From positions 166,532,001 to 166,596,000 of the forward strand of contig OX597816.1 of assembly GCA_951406725.2 (NCBI GenBank): a stretch of DNA of 64,000 nucleotides, given 5' to 3'. Shown piece by piece: positions 1 through 12,492 of this stretch. This DNA comes from Octopus vulgaris (Eukaryota). Position 1 is the stretch's first letter; the number at the start of each line of letters is the position of its first letter. Below the pieces are notes generated by a model. The model saw only the letters and a list, made by a program, of their open reading frames with translations. It was not told where the DNA came from and did no database searches. A program made the translations under genes and the position numbers.

Positions 1-859
1 GATGACGTGTTGTTTAACTGTATTTTATAAGCTGAATGAAACGTATTTGATTTTGGTTCATTGATGGTTAAACTTGACGCTAAACAGTAACAACCTTATA
101 ATTAGCAAGAAAAATATAATAAAAAAAAAAAAATAAAAAAAATATATGATCACCATCACCGCAAAGAATACTCCACATCACCAAAACCATAACCAATACA
201 ACTATCAGTCCACTAACTATTGAATAAGTAGCAACAGAAATAACAATACCAGTATAGATTTAGCTAAGCTGTACACAAAAGAAATCAATGGAGAACCAGA
301 GTTTATTATTGAAAGATTTATTTAATTGAGCACATGAGAGCGACAGCCGCCAGTCCATTCGTGCTTTATAGAAGTCTCGCCTGACCAGAAGTCAACGTCA
401 CTGCAGACCAGCTCCCTAGCTAGCCCGCAACGAAGTTTCTGTCTACAGTTCGTCTGTTATAAATACTTGGACAGCGCCCTACACCAGCATAACATCAATG
501 TCTGAAGCTACATATGTTGTATGTCAACACAATGGAGTGTATGAGAGAGAAGGAGAGAGAGAGAGTAGATGTTGAGTTTTATGTCTCAAGTCAAGGTGCA
601 GGGTACAAAGTGCCCATGAATCTGGCAACCCTTCAACTAACTGTAATCTTGCAGTACTTCCTTCTCCCTCAGTAACCATCTTTTCATCTTTTCATTTCCA
701 TTCTCACGTCTATAAGAATAAAGCAAAATTTTTGCACAAAACAGTTTTATCCTTGTGTTATTTTTTTTGCTCCATATTTTTGTAGATGGTTATTGACCAC
801 TGATCACTGACCCACTGCTACGGTTGGATTTACCAACAGTTCAAGATATCTGGAAAGAA

Positions 860-990
860 GCTATCAAGTGGAACTGAATATAGAACTGCGAAAAGAGATT
901 GCACCGGAAATTAAACTTGATGTTTTAAAAATGCTTGATGAGAAAGAAAAAGATCAGGTTCATTGCCAAAACATTACAGGTTGTGGCATC
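860..990 (+). mobile_element. Possible Tigger/pogo N-terminal HTH remnant
   Basis: One frame reads LRKEIAPEIKLDVLKMLDEKEK, resembling the CENP-B/Tigger N-terminal RKxITLExKLDxxK motif; short and isolated. Confidence 0.3.
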
Positions 991-1007
991 TAGAGTAGGA
1001 ATTAAAT

Positions 1008-1146
1008 CTTTTCTACTCTAGGCACAAGGCCCGAAATTTCTTGAGGGGTGGGGAGACCAGTCGATTAGATCAAACCCAGTACGCAACTGGTACTTAATTT
1101 ATCAACCCCGAAAGGGCGAAAGGCAAAGTCGACTTCGGCAGAATTG
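1008..1146 (-). mobile_element. SINE family A, 3' part
   Basis: Reverse complement of the core gcctttcatcctttcggggtcgataaattaagtaccag plus tail ...gggccttgtgcctagagtagaaaag. Confidence 0.8.
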
Positions 1147-1531
1147 TTGTGGTGAATAAAAAACAAAGAACATACATGATAATCGACACATGTCCCCGTG
1201 ACAACAGGATCAATGTGAAAGAAGAAAAAATAAACAGCCCTGACGATTTGAAGTGGGAAATACGAAGGTTGTGGTCAATGAAGAGAGTAGACGTGATACC
1301 AATAGTAATTGGTGCACTTGGAAGTATCAGCACTCAACTATCAACGTGGTTGAAAAAAGATCAGTGTAAGTGTGAAGGTAGAACACGTACAAAAATCAGC
1401 ATTGCTTGGAACTGCAAGAATCCTTCGCAGGGTTCTTGAAGCCTGACCAGTAAACAAGTGTCACCTTAGTCTGCTGGCTGTGGACAGCTGACACTTTCCA
1501 TCATGCCCAGTAAAATAAGCTGTGAGTTTTC
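1147..1531 (+). mobile_element. R4/Dong-like non-LTR retrotransposon 3' fragment (RLE endonuclease, 3' UTR, (TAA)n tail)
   Basis: IIDTCPRD..KEEKI..DLKWEIRRLWSMKRVDVIPIVIGALG is the typical RLE C-terminus; followed directly by (TAA)n. Confidence 0.8.
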
Positions 1532-1571
<40 letters not shown>

Positions 1572-1590
1572 AATAATTATAATAATAATA

Positions 1591-2146
1591 TGCCCTGATG
1601 CAGTATCAGGCAGTGGCTCCCATGGCTACTGATCTTAACTGATTGAAAGTGTTATCATGCACATTGTTTTGTATTGGTATAAAAGATGGGCTACAGCAAA
1701 TATTCTGCTCAATACCACAGATTTGCTTGTCAGTTGTTTGACCTTAACCAGTTGAGTATGTCCCTTAGTGGCTGACGATATGTGCTTCTCTGATCACGAG
1801 CAGAAGTAGTGGGGGAGCATCATAGCCGTGTGTTGAAAGGAATTTTTAGAGGTTTGGATAATTCACCTTTGGAAACATGGGTGTTTCGTTCAGCATCCTT
1901 AAACAATCCTTATTCAGGGACCTTTTGAGTGGGATGGGCTACTCGACCAGAGGAAAATTCTAACTGGGACCCACCTGCAAGGTCATGCGCTGTTTATCTT
2001 GATATGAGATCACCATGTTGTGCACATATGGTTGTGATGCGTGTGCTTGGTGTACCCTTATCAGACGGGTAGTCATGATGGGTATACTGGGCTTCTTATA
2101 TTTGTACCCCAGTGTCACTTTGATGGCATGCACAGCTCTCTCACTC
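1591..2146 (+). mobile_element. 556-bp non-coding retroposon flanked by (TAA)n, copy 1
   Basis: Reverse-complement copies at 60880-61352 and 61846-62400; all sit at (TAA)n tracts; no ORF or tRNA head. Confidence 0.85.
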
Positions 2147-2204
<58 letters not shown>

Positions 2205-2206
<2 letters not shown>

Positions 2207-2342
2207 CGAACTCAGTGTCTCACTGGTACTTATTTTATCGAACTCGAAAGGATGAAAGGCAAAGTCGACCTCGGCGGAACGTAGCGACGGGCGAAATGGC
2301 ATTTCGTCCAGCATGCTAACGATTCTGCCAGCCCGCCCTCTT
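2205..2342 (-). mobile_element. SINE family A, partial, head-to-head with the next copy
   Basis: Reverse complement of head ggcgagctggcagaa..gttagc and core. Confidence 0.75.
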
Positions 2343-2365
2343 AATAATAATAATAATAATAATCC

Positions 2366-3126
2366 GGCGAGCTGGTAGAAACGTTAGCATGTCGGGCGAA
2401 ATGCGTAACCGTATTTCGTCTGCCGTTACGTTCTGAGTTCAAATTCCGCCGAGGTCGACTATGCCTTTCATCCTTTCGGGGTCAATAAATTATATACCAG
2501 TTACGCACTGGTGTCGATATAATCGACTTAATCCGTTTGCCAGTCCTTGTTAGTCTTCTCTGTGTTTAGCCCCTTATGGGTAGTAAAGAAATAGGTATTT
2601 CGTCTGCTGTTACATTCTGAGTTCAAATTCCGCCGAGGTCGACTTTGCTTTTCATCCTTTCGGGGTCAATTAAATAAGTACCAGTTACGCACTGGGGTCG
2701 ATGTAATCGACTTAATCCGTTTGTCTGTCCTTATTTGTCCCCTCTGTGTGTAGCCCCTTGTGGGCAGTAAAGAAATAGATATTTCGGTTGTCTTTACGTT
2801 CCGAGTTGAAATTCCGCCGAGGTTGACTTTACCTTTCATCCTTTCGGGGTCGATTAAATAAGTACCAGTTACACACTGGGGTCGATATAATCAACTTAAT
2901 TCGTTTGTCTGTCCTTGTTTGCCCTCTCTGTGTTTAGCCCCTTGTGGGTAGTAAAGAAATAGGTATTTCGTCTGTCTTTATGTTCTGAGTTCAAATTCCT
3001 CCGAGGTCGATTTTGCCTTTCATCCTTTCGGGGTCGATGAATTTAGTACCAGTTGCGCACTGGGGGTTGATCTAATCACCTGGCTTCCTCCCCCAAACTT
3101 TCGGGTCTTGTGCCTAGAGTAGAAAA
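2366..3126 (+). mobile_element. Multimeric tRNA-derived SINE family A (head + 4 units, 184-bp period)
   Basis: Head ggcgagctggtagaaacgttagc; B-box-like gagttcaaattcc in each unit; units start at 2411, 2595, 2779 and 2963; the last unit has a different tail, then (TAA)n. Confidence 0.9.
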
Positions 3127-3149
3127 TAATAATAATAATCCTTTTAATA

Positions 3150-3320
3150 ATCCTTTCTACTGAAAGCACAAGGTCTGAAATTTCGGGGAGGGTCCCCGAA
3201 ATTTCGGGGTTTGTCGATTACATCGACCCCCAGTGTTCAAGTGGTAGTTATTTCATCAACTCCGAAAGGATGAAAGGCAAAATCGACCTCAGTGGAATAA
3301 AAGTAGGAAGAAACGCTGCA
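3150..3320 (-). mobile_element. SINE family A, partial, tail-to-tail with 2366-3126
   Basis: Reverse-complement tail and core. Confidence 0.7.
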
Positions 3321-3519
3321 ACACATATTTTCGCAACGTGCTTGCTCGGATATACTACAACACGCCGGAAAAGGCTAAAAGAGGGGACAGAAAACTGCAG
3401 GTAGTCGAGTAAAGAAAGGCAAAAACGAAAACCAGAAGTACGCACATAATAGACAGAATAAAACAGAAAAAAATCCCAGAAAATTGAACAGCAAAAGAAC
3501 CACAAAGAAGAAATGGTGC

Positions 3520-3760
3520 GTTGTCAAATCAAGAAGAATGTTGGTGAATTTCAGGAAGCATGAAATTTATGAAGGACGCAATGTCCTGACTGCAAACAAC
3601 TGATGAGGATAGTTTATTCCATGCTTCAACAATTCCGAACGGACAAAATGTTTCCAAAAGTCTTGTGTGCCGGTCTGACTTTTTACTTTTACAGGTTAAC
3701 GCTCTGTTGAGATATTAAATTCAAAAAGATGATTAAAGTTGTGTTTTATTGTCTTAGGAA
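3520..3760 (-). mobile_element. CR1-group LINE 3' remnant
   Basis: Minus frame reads IVEAWNKLSSSVVCSQDIASF, the WNxLP-like ORF2 end. Confidence 0.55.
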
Positions 3761-3885
3761 GTCAGATAAAATCGTTCGTTTTTCCCTAAATCACGTCTAT
3801 TTTAATCTTTTCTAATGTTATTTGAATTAACACGAAAGACAGTTTTATCTTATCGGTGTATTTTAAAAATTATGTTGCAGCTTCA

Positions 3886-4640
3886 AGGCGGCGAGCTGGC
3901 AGAAACGTTAGCACGCCGGACGAAATGCGTAGCCGTTACGTTCTGAGTTCAGATTCCGCCGAGGTCGACTTTGCTTTTCATCCTTTCGGGGTCGATAAAT
4001 TAAATACCAGTTACGCACTGGGGTCGATATAATCGACTGAATCCGTCTGTCTGTCCATGTTTGTCCCCTCTGTGTTTATCCCCTGTGGGTAGTAAAGAAA
4101 TAGGTATTTCGTCTGCCGTTACGTTGTGAGTTCAAATTCCGCCGAGGTCGACTATGCCTTTCATTCTTTCGGGGTCGATTAAATAAGTACCAGTTACACA
4201 CTGGGGTCGATATAATCGACTTAATCCATTTGTCTGTCCTTGTTTGTCCTCTCTGTGTTTATCCCTGGTGGGTAGTAAAGGAATAGGTATTTCGTCTGCC
4301 GTTACGTTGTGAGTTCAAATTCCGCCGAGGTCGACTATGCCTTTCACTCTTTCGGGGTCGATTAAATAAGTACCAGTTACACACTGGGGTCGATATAATC
4401 GACTTAATCCGTTTGTCTGTCCTTGTTTGTCCTCTCTGTGTTTAACTCCCTGGTGGGTAGTAAAGAAATAGGTATTTCGTCTGTCTTTACGTGCTGAGTT
4501 CAAATCCCGCCCAGGTCGACTTTGCATTTCATGCTTTTGCGGTCGACAAATTAAGTACCAGTGGTGTACTGGGTCGATCTAATCGACTGGCCCCTTCCCC
4601 CAAAATTTCGGGCCTCGTGCCCAGAATGGAAAAGATTATT
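3886..4640 (+). mobile_element. Multimeric SINE family A (head + 4 units)
   Basis: Same architecture as 2366-3126; later units start near 4104, 4287 and 4472. Confidence 0.9.
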
Positions 4641-4789
4641 TTGTAGCTTGATCTTTTTTCTTCTACAACTTTCGTTCATGTTGGTGCTGGTGGTGACTGT
4701 GGTGATGCGGTGATTGCGGTGGTGGCAGTGGAGTTCGCGGTAATGGTGGTGGTAGAGGGAGTGATAGTAGTAACGCTGGTTAAGTGTGG

Positions 4790-6460
4790 TTGAGAGAGGT
4801 CATGCTTATATTAGTGGACTTGACGGCATCAATGTTAAACATAATGATAAGGCAGCGAAAAGATGAAAAACCTGGCCTCACGCTGCTGTACGACGATTTG
4901 AAAAGGAAATGCCGTTATGTGCGACGACATATCTGCCGATATGAGTATCAAAAGGTAAGTAAAAGGACTTGAGGGGGGAGTTTCTGAAGGACCCGTTCAG
5001 GTTTACTAAGAAGCTGTTCACTGAACCGAAGAGTAGCACTTTACCGTGCACGAATGAAGAATTGGACGCTCATATCAAAGAAACCTACAGCGATCCACAC
5101 CGTAACTAGCCACTGCCACCTCCACATGGGCTAAGAACCAGATATTGAATTCCAAATTAGGGACATCAGGAAGAAAGAGGTGAATGATTTCGTGAGAAAA
5201 GCTAGAGCAAGGAGTGCCCCAGGAGGTGGTGGCGTCTCAAACATTGCAATCGTCTGCAAAAGAAGCCCTTTGTCCTTCTCCAACAGCTGTGACGCAAAGA
5301 GACTCTAGTAGAGGGTTGATGTAAGGCAGAAGGTACATATCTGCCGAAGGAGGCCAATGCAGAGACAATAAAACAGTTTAGGCCGATATCCTTATTGAAT
5401 GTGGAAGGCAAGATATCTATAGGAATTCTTTCGAGGAAAACAGTGACATATTTACAGAGTAATAGATATGTTGATGAATCTGTTCAAAAGGCCGAAATCC
5501 CTGGAATCCCTGGATGCGTTGTACACTGTTTTTCGATTTGGAAAACGATCCAGGACGCCAAAGAGAACAAGAGAAGGTATGGCTTGACCTAGCTAATGCA
5601 TATGGCTCAGTGCCACACGAATTACTGATGAAAGTAATAGACTACTTCCAAATTCCAAACAAAGTGAGCAAAATAATGAGGATGTATTATGACAGTTTCG
5701 AGATGAGGTTTACAGATGGAGGTTTTACAAGATTGACACCGATTGGAGAATGGCATTGCTGCTGGCTGTACAATATCGGTCACGTGGTTTATCTTAGTCA
5801 TGGAACAACAAACTTCCTGTGAGCGATGAAAAGTGGAACGGCTTTTGGGAGGTGACTGCAGATTTACCAGGATGCCAGGGACTCTTTCCCATCCAAGTTA
5901 GGGAAAAAACCCCGGATATTTTAATGTGGTGTGAAGGAAAGAAAGTTGTGAATCTAGTCAAGTTAACGGTTCCTCATGAAGATAATATGGACGCAGCTCG
6001 GGCTCGAAAGATTGACCGTTATGTAAACCTCCACGGGGAATGTGAAGATGCAGGCTGGAAAGTAGAGTATTTTCCAATCGAAGTCGGATGTAGAGGGTTT
6101 CTTGGACACAGTGTGAGGCAGCTGTTGTTATCGTTGGGCCTAACTCATCGTAAAGGAAATACCACCATGGCCGGTATCCAAACTACAGCGGAGAAGGCTA
6201 GCCACTGGATTTGGTTAAAAAGAGACGATGAGCGATGGCTAGAGGAATATTGAGCTATATTCAATAACCAGTTGATCTAGCAAGCGGGGACTCATATCAG
6301 TGAGGGGGAGCCGGTGCGCACTCATTCCGTCGAGAGATAGACCCCGAAACGGCGCGCATTCTCTCCTGATGACCCCATACACTTGCTGGCTTCCGGTATG
6401 CAGAGTTCTCGACTGATAGCACTTGCATGTGCAAGTTGTTTGTAAAACATCTAATTAACG
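4790..6460 (+). mobile_element. HERO/NeSL-like (R2 superfamily) LINE relic, RT + RLE with internal deletion
   Basis: RT motifs FRPISLLNVEGKI, QKAEIPGIPGC, WLDLANAYGSVPH, GIAAGCTISVxWFILVME, jumping near 5815 to RLE PDILMW..LTVPHEDN..FPIEVGCRGF; stops and frameshifts. Confidence 0.85.
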
Positions 6461-7242
6461 ATGGCGTGCTAACTAGAAAAAAAAGAAAGAAAACAATCGA
6501 ACGAATTTACTTGAAATCCCAATACATAGAATGAAGAGAATAGAAAATCAACCAGCGTTAACTTTTATAATATACCTTTGAGATATTTCACCACCTCGAC
6601 TTTAGAATCAATAAGTTATCTGTTCACTCAACTCTACCAAAGTAATTTGATGGCTCTGCATACATATTTCTTTACACTAGTAAGCAATTACGTACGCTTC
6701 ATTAATTTTACGTGCACATCAAATTACTTTTGAAATTAGAAAATAATATCTAAAAAGTCCTCGGTGATGACAGCTTTTATTAGAATGAAGCATATGCGTC
6801 GATATTTATTCTATTTCTTTTCTTTTTTATTCGATTCAACAAGCCTTTGTTTGGAGACTTCACCGAGATTGGCTGGTAACATATTACAATTTCAAATAAT
6901 CTACAAATATAATAGTAGATGGATTTGAGATCGATACATAGGCCAACAGTAACAAAGCTGTTGTAGTTTTTCGATTAAACAAGATTGAGGTGAATGTTTG
7001 ACTTAATCTAAAGGAAGCAATTTTCGGTACCGGTTTCTTTTTTAAATATTTGTTGATACAAAATGATTTATAGGAGATCTGCCAACGACAGTTAGTCAAC
7101 GTTGTAACTTTTTCGTTTGCTTTGTCCTCAAAGAAAGAATTTCGTTGTTGTTGTTGCTTTCTTTTGAATCTTTTTTTACTACGCCGTAAGAAAATCTCAA
7201 TTATACATTTTTTTCTTAATGTAAAATACCTTTGTACATATA

Positions 7243-7405
7243 GGCGCAGGAGTGGCTGTGTGGTAAGTAGCTTGCTTACCAGCCACATAGTTCTGGGTTC
7301 AGTCCTACTGCGTGGCACCTTGGACAAATGTCTTCTACTATAGCCTCGGGCCGACCAAAGGTTTGTGAGTGGATTTGGTAGACGGAAACTGAAAGAAGCC
7401 CGTCG

Positions 7406-7484
<79 letters not shown>

Positions 7485-7671
7485 TTGTGTTTGTCCCCCC
7501 AACATCGCTTGACAACCGATGCTGGTGTGTTTACGTCTCTGTCACTTAGCGGTTCGGCAAGAGAGACCGATAGAATAAGTACTAGGTTTACAAAGAATAA
7601 GCCCTGGAGTCGATTTGCTCCAGCATGGCCGCAGTCAAATGACTGAAACAAATAAAAAAATAAAAGAATAA
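7243..7671 (+). mobile_element. tRNA-derived SINE family B with internal (TA)n(TG)n
   Basis: A-box-like tggctgtgtggtaag, B-box-like ggttcagtcc, CORE-like accttggacaa, tail ccagcatggccgcagtcaaatgactgaaac; many copies in the window. Confidence 0.9.
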
Positions 7672-8014
7672 ATTCAAGCAAACTGATATTTTAATATTAT
7701 TGACTGTTTTAATATTAAGAACATTTAAACTTGTCAACATCGTAATTCTTAAACATGTTTTTCTAATTCATAATTCTAAATTTGTCTGTTATGAACTTTT
7801 AAACTTGTCAACATTGAAACTTTTAAAGATGTTTTTCTAATTCATAATTCGAAATTTTTACCATTGAAAAAACAAAACAATATTGTTGAAACTAGTTTGG
7901 TATATATGTACATAAATCTATTTTAAACAATTACAAGATTTACAAATTTAAGTACATTTTCAACAACATATTTGCCTATATTTTTCCTGTGTTGATATCC
8001 ACCCCGCTCTTTCG

Positions 8015-8124
<110 letters not shown>

Positions 8125-8661
8125 ATACTGAACTTTTTTTTATAATTCCTCCTGGAAATTACCCTGAGATGTATAATATATTTGTTTTAATCTTTTCTGC
8201 CCATTTTTTCAATGAGCTTGTTAAACTTTTTTATATTCTCAACATACTGTTGTCACCAAAGACTGTATATTTATATGGATTATAGTACTCTGTGTCAACC
8301 AATATTCTGTGCATGTTTGAATATACAGATACAGTACCGATATCAATTCCTTCTGGAAACTATCTTAAGTATGTCCTTGAGAACGATCTTTTTTGCCCAA
8401 TATTTTAAGGAACTTGTTGAACTTTTTTATGTCCTTAACATGTCCCTGTTACCAAAGACTGTATATATATGTAATGTAGTAATTTGCAACAACCAATAAT
8501 TAACGCAACCAAACTTCCACATGTTACTTTTGACAATCTTTTTCCAAAGAGTGAAACCGGTAAAGTAAATAAACATCTTTTAAATTGCATTTTCAAACCT
8601 TCTTTCGTATATATATTTCTAGTTACATCTCAGAGCTGCGGCCATGCTGATGCACCATATA

Positions 8662-8719
<58 letters not shown>

Positions 8720-8721
<2 letters not shown>

Positions 8722-9050
8722 GAGTAAAGACCCCCTTCGGTCATGAATGACCATGGGATTGCACCTAGAAAGTTACCCTCCTAGACACAAGTCCGGGCAA
8801 GGTTGTTTATGGAAGACCAGCAGTCGCCCATGCATACCAGCCTCCCCTCTCCACGCCATTAGTGTTATCCAAGGGAAAGGCAAAGGTCGATACAGCTTGG
8901 CACCAGTGACATCGCAACTCATTTCTACAGCTGAGTGAACTGGAGCAACGTGAAATAAAGTGCCTTGCTCAAGAACACAACACGCAGCCCGGTCTGGGAT
9001 TCGAGCTCACAACCTCACGATCGTAAGCCCGACGCTCTAACCACTGAGCC

Positions 9051-9051
<1 letters not shown>
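8720..9051 (-). mobile_element. tRNA-derived SINE family D
   Basis: Minus strand ggctcagtggttagagcg..gctcgaatccc (A/B boxes), then cttgagcaaggcac..cactcagctgtagaaatgag core; in (TA)n. Confidence 0.8.
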
Positions 9052-9082
<31 letters not shown>

Positions 9083-9095
9083 GTATGTATGTATG

Positions 9096-9143
<48 letters not shown>

Positions 9144-9177
9144 TAGATATATACATATATATATATATTAATTTATG

Positions 9178-9392
9178 AAGGCGGCAAGCTGGCAGACACG
9201 TTAGCGCGCCGGGCGAAATGCTTAGCGGTATTTCGTCTGCCGTTACGGTCTGAGTTCAAATTCCGCCGAGGTCGACTTTGCCTTTCATCCTTTCGGGGTC
9301 GATAAATTAAGTACCAGTTACGTACTGGGATAGATATAATCCGTTTGTCTGTCCTTGTTTGTCCCCTCTATGTTTAGCCCCTCGTGGATAAT
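9178..9392 (+). mobile_element. SINE family A monomer (tail 1)
   Basis: Head plus one unit ending gtttagcccctcgtgg. Confidence 0.85.
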
Positions 9393-9429
9393 AAATAAAT
9401 ATATATATACATACATATTTATATTGTTG

Positions 9430-9769
9430 TTGTTTGTTCCTTCTCGAGCTACGCCAGGTTCATAGGCCCGGTTTCCCGGTTTCCTTGTTTGTTTGTTCCT
9501 TCTCGAGCCACGCCAGGTTCAAAGGGCCGGTTTCCCTGGCGTATAGCTTCCCCAGCTTGACGGGACGCCGGTCCGTGGCAGGTGAGCTGCAAGATGCAGG
9601 AGGAAAGAGTGGGAGAAAGTTGTGGCGAAAGAGTCAGCAGAAGTTCACCATTACCTTCTACCGGAGCCGCGTGGAGCTTAGGTGTTTCGCTCACATCGCT
9701 CGGTCTTAGATTCGAACCCACGATCCCTCGACCGCGAGTCCGCTGCTCTAACCACTAGGCCATGTGCCT

Positions 9770-9773
<4 letters not shown>
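9430..9773 (-). mobile_element. SINE family C, tail type 2, with duplicated 3' end
   Basis: Minus head gtggaggcacatggcctagtggttagagc; tail ..ggctcgagaaggaacaa present twice (~9430-9490 and ~9493 onward); homologous to 25416-25712. Confidence 0.85.
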
Positions 9774-9809
<36 letters not shown>

Positions 9810-10251
9810 TTTTACAATTGTAAGCAATTATGTACGCTTCATTAATTTTACGCGCACATCAATTTTGTAATTAGAAAATAATACCTAAAAAAATCCCCGG
9901 TGATGACAGCCTTTATTGGAATGAGACAGATGCATCGATATTTATTCTATTTCTTTTCTTTTTTATTCGATTCAATAAGCCCTTGTTTGTTATTCATTCA
10001 CCGAGATTGGTTGGTAATATTACAATTTCAAACAATCTACAAATACAATAGTAGATGTATTTGAGATCGATACATAGACTATTTACATTTAAGTACTGGT
10101 TGTCACGTATTTTAATACTTTTGTGACAACCAGTACTTAACACAACAAAGCTTATACAAAGCTTTACATTTTACTGTTGACAATCTCTTTCTGAAAAAGT
10201 GAAACCAGTCAAGTGAATAAAACATCTTTAAAATTGCATTTTCAAACCTTC

Positions 10252-10316
<65 letters not shown>

Positions 10317-10351
10317 CATATATATATATGTATGTATGTATTGTATGTATG

Positions 10352-10389
<38 letters not shown>

Positions 10390-10421
10390 AATATATATAA
10401 CAAAAAGTAGAAGAGACATAC

Positions 10422-10700
<279 letters not shown>

Positions 10701-10868
10701 TAAAAAATTATTTAAATAAATTAAACTTATAAATTTTAAATATATATATATATATACAAATATATATATGTATGTATATTTTTTTATATTTATATATTAT
10801 TTTATTAATTAATTAATTAATTAATTAATTTTTTTTTTTTTTTTTAAATAAATATCAAAAGTATTAAA

Positions 10869-10915
<47 letters not shown>

Positions 10916-10920
<5 letters not shown>

Positions 10921-11110
10921 CAAGGAAAAATTGTAAAAATGCAGAATGCTAAATTGAAAGAAAATTTTAATGAAAATGGGTGTATGGAAAAAGTTTTTGA
11001 GAAATTATATTTATATATTTTATCAATTTCTCAAAAACTTTTTCCATACACCCATTTTCATTAAAATTTCAATTTAGCATTCTGCATTTTTACAATTTTT
11101 CCTTGCTTAT
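10916..11110. repeat. ~90-bp-arm inverted repeat between (TA)n tracts
   Basis: ataagcaagg..gagaaatt (10916-11006) mirrored by aatttctc..ccttgcttat (11025-11110). Confidence 0.9.
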
Positions 11111-11152
11111 CATTTCTCCACGTGCGGTCAACACAACCCCACCATTTATTGA

Positions 11153-11215
<63 letters not shown>

Positions 11216-11325
11216 GTGAGTGTATTTTTACCTTGTTAACAATTAATACGGAAAAAAAAAATAGTTACCAGGGTAGCAAAAATCTCACAAGTAAAAATGT
11301 TGTAACTCCTTGTTTATAAAGGTAG

Positions 11326-12291
11326 AAACTTTGTGTTTACGTTGAATATAACTCTGCCTTAATTAAAGCAAGTTATACAGAGAAAATTTTCTACATTGAT
11401 TCTGCTCAGTCTAATTGTAAATTCAATAATGTAGATAAGATTTCTAGTCGTAAAAGAATTATTGATAACAAACATAACTTACGTACCGATACAAAGCGAA
11501 TGAAGGCAGATAACCCTTATTTAATCCCCTATTATCGATCTAAAAGTAAATATAAAACCTTCAAAAGTAATTACGCTATGAATACTAGTAAAAATATTTG
11601 CTTAATAAATCCTTACGGGAGACAAATTAAATCTAATCTCCCACTGCTGTTTCGTCAAGCTATTGCTAGGAATTTTCCAAACAATTCTAGATATTACTCT
11701 ATTATCAATTCACATAAGGTTAGGATAGGTTTTTCAAACACAAAAACTCTCTTGCAAATTATCTCTTCACATAATAACAAACTGTTAAATATTAATACAT
11801 TTACTGATACTAACATTAATTTAGCTAATATCATCCAACCCTCTAGAAATATTAATAACAAGGTTATTGTATCTGAAGTCAATTCCAATAGAATTAAGTT
11901 TATGTCAAGTAACTCTAAGGTTAAAAATTCTATATACCAGTGTATAATCAGTACTCGTAATAAAGTACGATTTTACATTGGAAGCACATCGTTAGAGTTA
12001 TCTAAAAGAATTTCTATCCATTACTCAACATTTAGGGATAGAAATAAACGTAATAGTACCGGTCTCAGCAAACTGATTTGGGATTTAAAAGACCACAATG
12101 AACAATTTCTTTTAGAATGGTTGATTCTCTCAATTTCGATACCATATAACAAAGGCAAGGAATTCTTTCTTCTCTGCAAATCTGAGCTATTTTTCATTAT
12201 TTTTTCTAAAAATACTCTAGTAAACACGGTTATAGAACGAGTATACAGATGTAAGCATTGGCAAAAACATACATTTAGTGCATATAAGTAG
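11326..12291 (+). CDS. Penelope-like (Naiad-like) RT-thumb/linker + GIY-YIG endonuclease frame, RT core absent
   Basis: Stop-free from 11326 (first ATG 11500): YNSALIKASY, RNFP..IINSHKVRIGFS..IISSHN, SIYQC..FYIGST..KRISIHYSTF..STGLSKLIWDLK..LCKSE..RCKH. Confidence 0.8.
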   Translation, partial: KLCVYVEYNSALIKASYTEKIFYIDSAQSNCKFNNVDKISSRKRIIDNKHNLRTDTKRMKADNPYLIPYYRSKSKYKTFKSNYAMNTSKNICLINPYGRQIKSNLPLLFRQAIARNFPNNSRYYSIINSHKVRIGFSNTKTLLQIISSHNNKLLNINTFTDTNINLANIIQPSRNINNKVIVSEVNSNRIKFMSSNSKVKNSIYQCIISTRNKVRFYIGSTSLELSKRISIHYSTFRDRNKRNSTGLSKLIWDLKDHNEQFLLEWLILSISIPYNKGKEFFLLCKSELFFIIFSKNTLVNTVIERVYRCKHWQKHTFSAYK

Positions 12292-12492
12292 TCTCTATCA
12301 TTATATATAATTTAAACTTTAATTTCCTTTATATTTAACATTCACTATTGGTATCCCTACTCTTTCTGTTAGCTACTTATGACGTTATATCATATAGCGT
12401 TTTTTTAAACAATATTAATAGCGTTCTGTCTATCGCTATAGAAATCCATCATTTTTTGCTAAAATGTCTTATTGACGAGTTTCGCTTTTTTC

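Noticed and set aside
270-494. Solo LTR (TGT..ACA)
   Set aside because: No matching TSD and no second copy in the window
2366-3126. CRISPR-like regular repeats (also the 28-bp array at 62461-62627)
   Set aside because: Head-to-tail units with no unique spacers, no cas genes, eukaryotic context
6340-6375. GAAA..CTGATGA in the HERO-like 3' UTR as a permuted hammerhead
   Set aside because: No NUH with stems I and III can be formed; the region pairs with upstream atcag..ggggag as an ordinary UTR hairpin
6884-7681. 265-aa minus-strand ORF
   Set aside because: Runs through a SINE B and a (CA)n tract; no protein motif
11211-11325. AG|GTGAGT splice donor upstream of the GIY-YIG frame
   Set aside because: Directly follows (TA)n with no upstream exon, and may be an inverted tail of another element; unsupported without RNA data
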